Shown: positions 61,401 through 64,000 of the stretch, in pieces
Layout of the letters: the number at the start of each line of letters is the position of its first letter
Position numbering within the stretch: the stretch's first letter is position 1
DNA from: Macrostomum lignano
Taxonomy: Eukaryota
NCBI GenBank assembly: GCA_002269645.1
Contig: NIVC01003121.1
Coordinates: 5,243-69,242, forward strand
Direction: 5' to 3'
Length of the DNA stretch: 64,000 bases
Program-made: the position numbers and the translations under genes
The notes under the pieces: model-generated
The model's input: the letters and a program-made list of their open reading frames with translations, nothing else
What the model was told of the DNA's origin: nothing
Databases searched by the model: none

Positions 61401-63708
61401 GAAAAATCAGGGCTGAGGTGGCCTGAAGGATCAGGGCTGAGGTGGCCTGAAGGATCAGGGCTGAGGTGGCCTGAAGGATCAGGGCTGAGGTGGTGCGAAG
61501 GATCAGGGCTGAGGTGGCCTGAAGGATCAGGGCTGAGGTGGCCTAAAGGATCAGGGGCTGAGGTGGCCTAAAGGATCAGGGCTGAGGTGGCCTAAAGGAT
61601 CAGGGGCTGAGGTGGCCTGAAGGATCAGGGGCTGAGGTGGCCTGAAGGATCAGAGCTGAGGTGGCCTGAAGGATCAGGGCTGAGGTGGCCTGAAGGATCA
61701 AGGCTGAGGTGGCCTGTAGGACCAGTGGCTAAGTGGCTTAAAACCGTGAAAGACTACTTATTGACAAGTAGAGTACATAGAAAATGGTCAGTTAAATAAT
61801 TCATCAAATCCGAGGCCATTTCTCACCTGCAGAATGTGGCTGCAGGCCTCCCGGCCCAAGGTGTCGTACAGCGGCACAATGACCAGGCCGCTGGAGTAGC
61901 AGGCAAGCTCCAGGACAACCAGGCTGGCGCTGTTGCTGGAGAAGGTGCCAACAAAACTGCCCCTGGTCAGGCCCAGCGGCCGGTCAGGTAGGCCGCCATT
62001 GCGCGCACTTCTTGAAGCACCTGCGTAAGGTAAACGGTGAGAGTAACTTTGCCTATCGTTTGATATCCAGGGGCCTCGTCATTAAATGAAGATTGAGGAT
62101 TGACTGGGTTGCCCGTCTGTCTCTAGCCGTCCAGATGGGATCCAGACTCGGCATGGTTACTGATTGGCATGCAGGGATCCGACTACCGACTATTAGCGCC
62201 CCCTGCACTTGGCAACACAATGCTTTGATTGACTTCGTCGCTTGAACTTGCACTGTGTGGCAGGGTGATGCAGGCAGCAGCAGCTGTGCCAGTTTCTTGC
62301 GAAACTGGCCGAACCGACATCACGCTTTGAAAAGCCACAGATTCGGATGCTAAGAGAACAGAAACAGAGAAAAGGAGGAGAGGCGGTTCAATTATTAGAC
62401 CGCGCAAATTTTGCTTTACGAATGAAAATGGTAAGCGAAGTACTTTCGGAAGAAAAAACATTTTAGGAATATAACTAGGAATAGATGTGAGACTCAGAGA
62501 AGAGGGGGGAAGGGAGAAAAAAGGAGAGGAAAGCGGAGAGGGAGAGAGAGAGTGGAGAGGAAGGGGAAGAGGGAGAGGAAGGGGAAAGGGGAGAGGAAGG
62601 GGAGATGGAGAGGAAGGGGAGAGGGAAGAGTAAAGGGGAGATGGGAGAGGAAGGGGAGAGGGGAGGGGGGGAGAGGAGGGGAGAGGAAGGGGAGAGGAAA
62701 GGGGAGAGGAAGGGGAGAGGAAAGGGGAGAGGAAGGGGAGAGGTAGAGAGAGGGATAGGAAGGGGAAAGGGGAGAGGAAAGGGAGAGGGAAGAGTAAAGG
62801 GGAGATGGGAGAGGAAGGGGAGAGGAGGGGAGAGGGGAGAGGAGGGGGAGAGGGGAGATGGGAGAGGAGGGGAGAGGGGAGGAGGGGAGAGGAGGGGGAG
62901 AGGGGAGAGGAGGGGGAGAGGAGGGGGAGAGGGGAGAGGAGGGGAGAGGAGGGGGAGAGGAGAGGGGGGAGAGGGGAGAGGAGGGGAGAGGGGAGAGGGG
63001 AGAGGAGGGGAGAGGGGAGGAGGGGGAGAGGAGGAGGAGAGGGGAGAGGAGGGGGAGAGGGAGAGGGGAGAGGAGGGAGAGGAGGGGGAGAGGGGAGAGG
63101 AGGGGAGAGGAGGGGAAGGGAAGAGGGGGGAGGAGAGGAACGGAGGAAGATGGAGAAAGGATCATTATATGGGATAAAAGCAGACAACGGGACAATTGAT
63201 CACTTAAATCTGAGGTTTTTTGGCAAATGTTAGGAATTTGATCAAGGATGTGCACTGACTGGCACCTGAAGCTAACTTCTAGAGAACAGAAGTGCTTTTC
63301 ACTCCTGGAGATGCAGTGCAGCCGTGGGAAAGAAGTTTATAAAATCGAAACTTCGATTGCTGTTTACACTGGAATAAGCAAACTGGCACTTGAAGCAGCA
63401 TTAACAGAATCTTGCAGAAGAAAAATCAATTCCACTGAAAGTCGAACTGACGATTTAATACCAACTGGTGCTGATACTACAACGGAATGTACTATAATTA
63501 GAAACAGCAAGGAAGAAACTGTTAATTAGCATGTCACAGCCTCACCTCGCCATAGGTACTGTATACAAATGGAGCACTGGCTGTCTGGCGCGGTGCCCAG
63601 GCAGGGCCCATCATGGCTGGCCGCCTCCAGGCCAGCAAGAAACAGGTCGAATGCCACGCGAGCTTCTGCCAGGGCTTTCTGCTGCTGCTGTTTTCCGCCG
63701 CTCTGCTG
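55417..63708 (-). CDS. ACSL: Long-chain fatty acyl-CoA synthetase (ACSL1/5/6-like), multi-exon, 5' end probably beyond the window
   Basis: Exons ~63708-63546 (DGPCLG..YSTYGE), 62020-61827 (VPLYDTLG), 60706-60406 (DLAVICYTSGTTG), 60299-60211 (QPKGVMLT), 59358-59171 (YFSYLPMAHILER), 58433-58167 (LGGRVRFVAVGGAPIS), 57546-56925 (GFGQTE, GELCIRGP, GWVHTGD, IVDRVKHLFKLAQGEYIAPEKIE) and 55557-55417. All have GT-AG boundaries; four apparent 1-bp frameshifts. Confidence 0.9.
57675..57985. repeat. 31-bp purine-rich minisatellite (GGAGAGGGAGCGGGAGAAGTAGAGGGAGGAT)n in an ACSL intron
   Basis: About 10 tandem units between exons 57546 and 58167. Confidence 0.92.
58520..59135. repeat. 23-bp pyrimidine-rich minisatellite (CTGATCCGCCCCTCTGTCCCTCC)n in an ACSL intron
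   Basis: About 26 tandem units. Confidence 0.92.
59385..60185. repeat. 21-bp G-rich minisatellite (GGGGATTCTGATGCTGGGGAT)n in an ACSL intron
   Basis: About 38 tandem units. Confidence 0.93.
60780..61730. repeat. 24-bp minisatellite (TCAGGGCTGAGGTGGCCTGAAAAA)n in an ACSL intron
   Basis: About 40 units; the AAAA spacer variant dominates the first half and AGGA the second. Confidence 0.95.
62500..63150 (+). repeat. Homopurine (GGGGAGAGGA)-like low-complexity tract in an ACSL intron
   Basis: About 650 bp of almost only G and A on the + strand. Confidence 0.92.
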
Positions 63709-64000
63709 CTATGGGACAAAACGATTTGGGGAAAGGAATGTCAGTAATGGAATGAGGAGCTTGTGTCACTGTTATGTTTGATAAAAAACAGATCTTTGAC
63801 TTTATAGCAATTTACTACTAAACTAAATGCTTGTGTAGATACTGCACATACATCCGCAAATGCTGGCCGACCTGCGCTGATCTGGCCACCGTAAATTGTG
63901 GTAGACCAGGGGTAAGTTGCAAAAATGCCCATCCAAAATACAGATGTAGTACTAATTTAGGATGACAAGGCATTTAGCCTTAATAAGACAGTTATAGTTA

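Overview
Eukaryotic (animal) genomic DNA. GC-rich exons, GT-AG introns and introns full of minisatellites resemble a free-living flatworm such as Macrostomum, but this is an inference from style only. The main structure is a giant inverted duplication: 1-~28002 is the reverse complement of 28393-57108, joined across a ~350-bp unique spacer and a 42-N gap (28351-28392). Each arm carries the same set of genes: the 3' end of a long-chain acyl-CoA synthetase (its upstream exons run on to ~63.7 kb), an orphan single-exon ORF, a calmodulin-like 4-EF-hand protein with long acidic repeat tails, a CCDC181 ortholog, a fold-back satellite, a 3-exon WD40 gene, a 5'-truncated RTE-like LINE and an intronless GPI-type alkaline phosphatase. 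Divergence between the arms is patchy. The most striking difference is in the left EF-hand gene, where a piece of coding sequence is replaced by an intron+exon fragment of CCDC181. That fragment is in frame and in the right splice phase to give a chimeric protein. The palindrome could be two haplotigs scaffolded together, and scattered single-base frameshifts look like long-read consensus errors, so both need checking against raw reads. All calls come from manual reading; no database searches were run.
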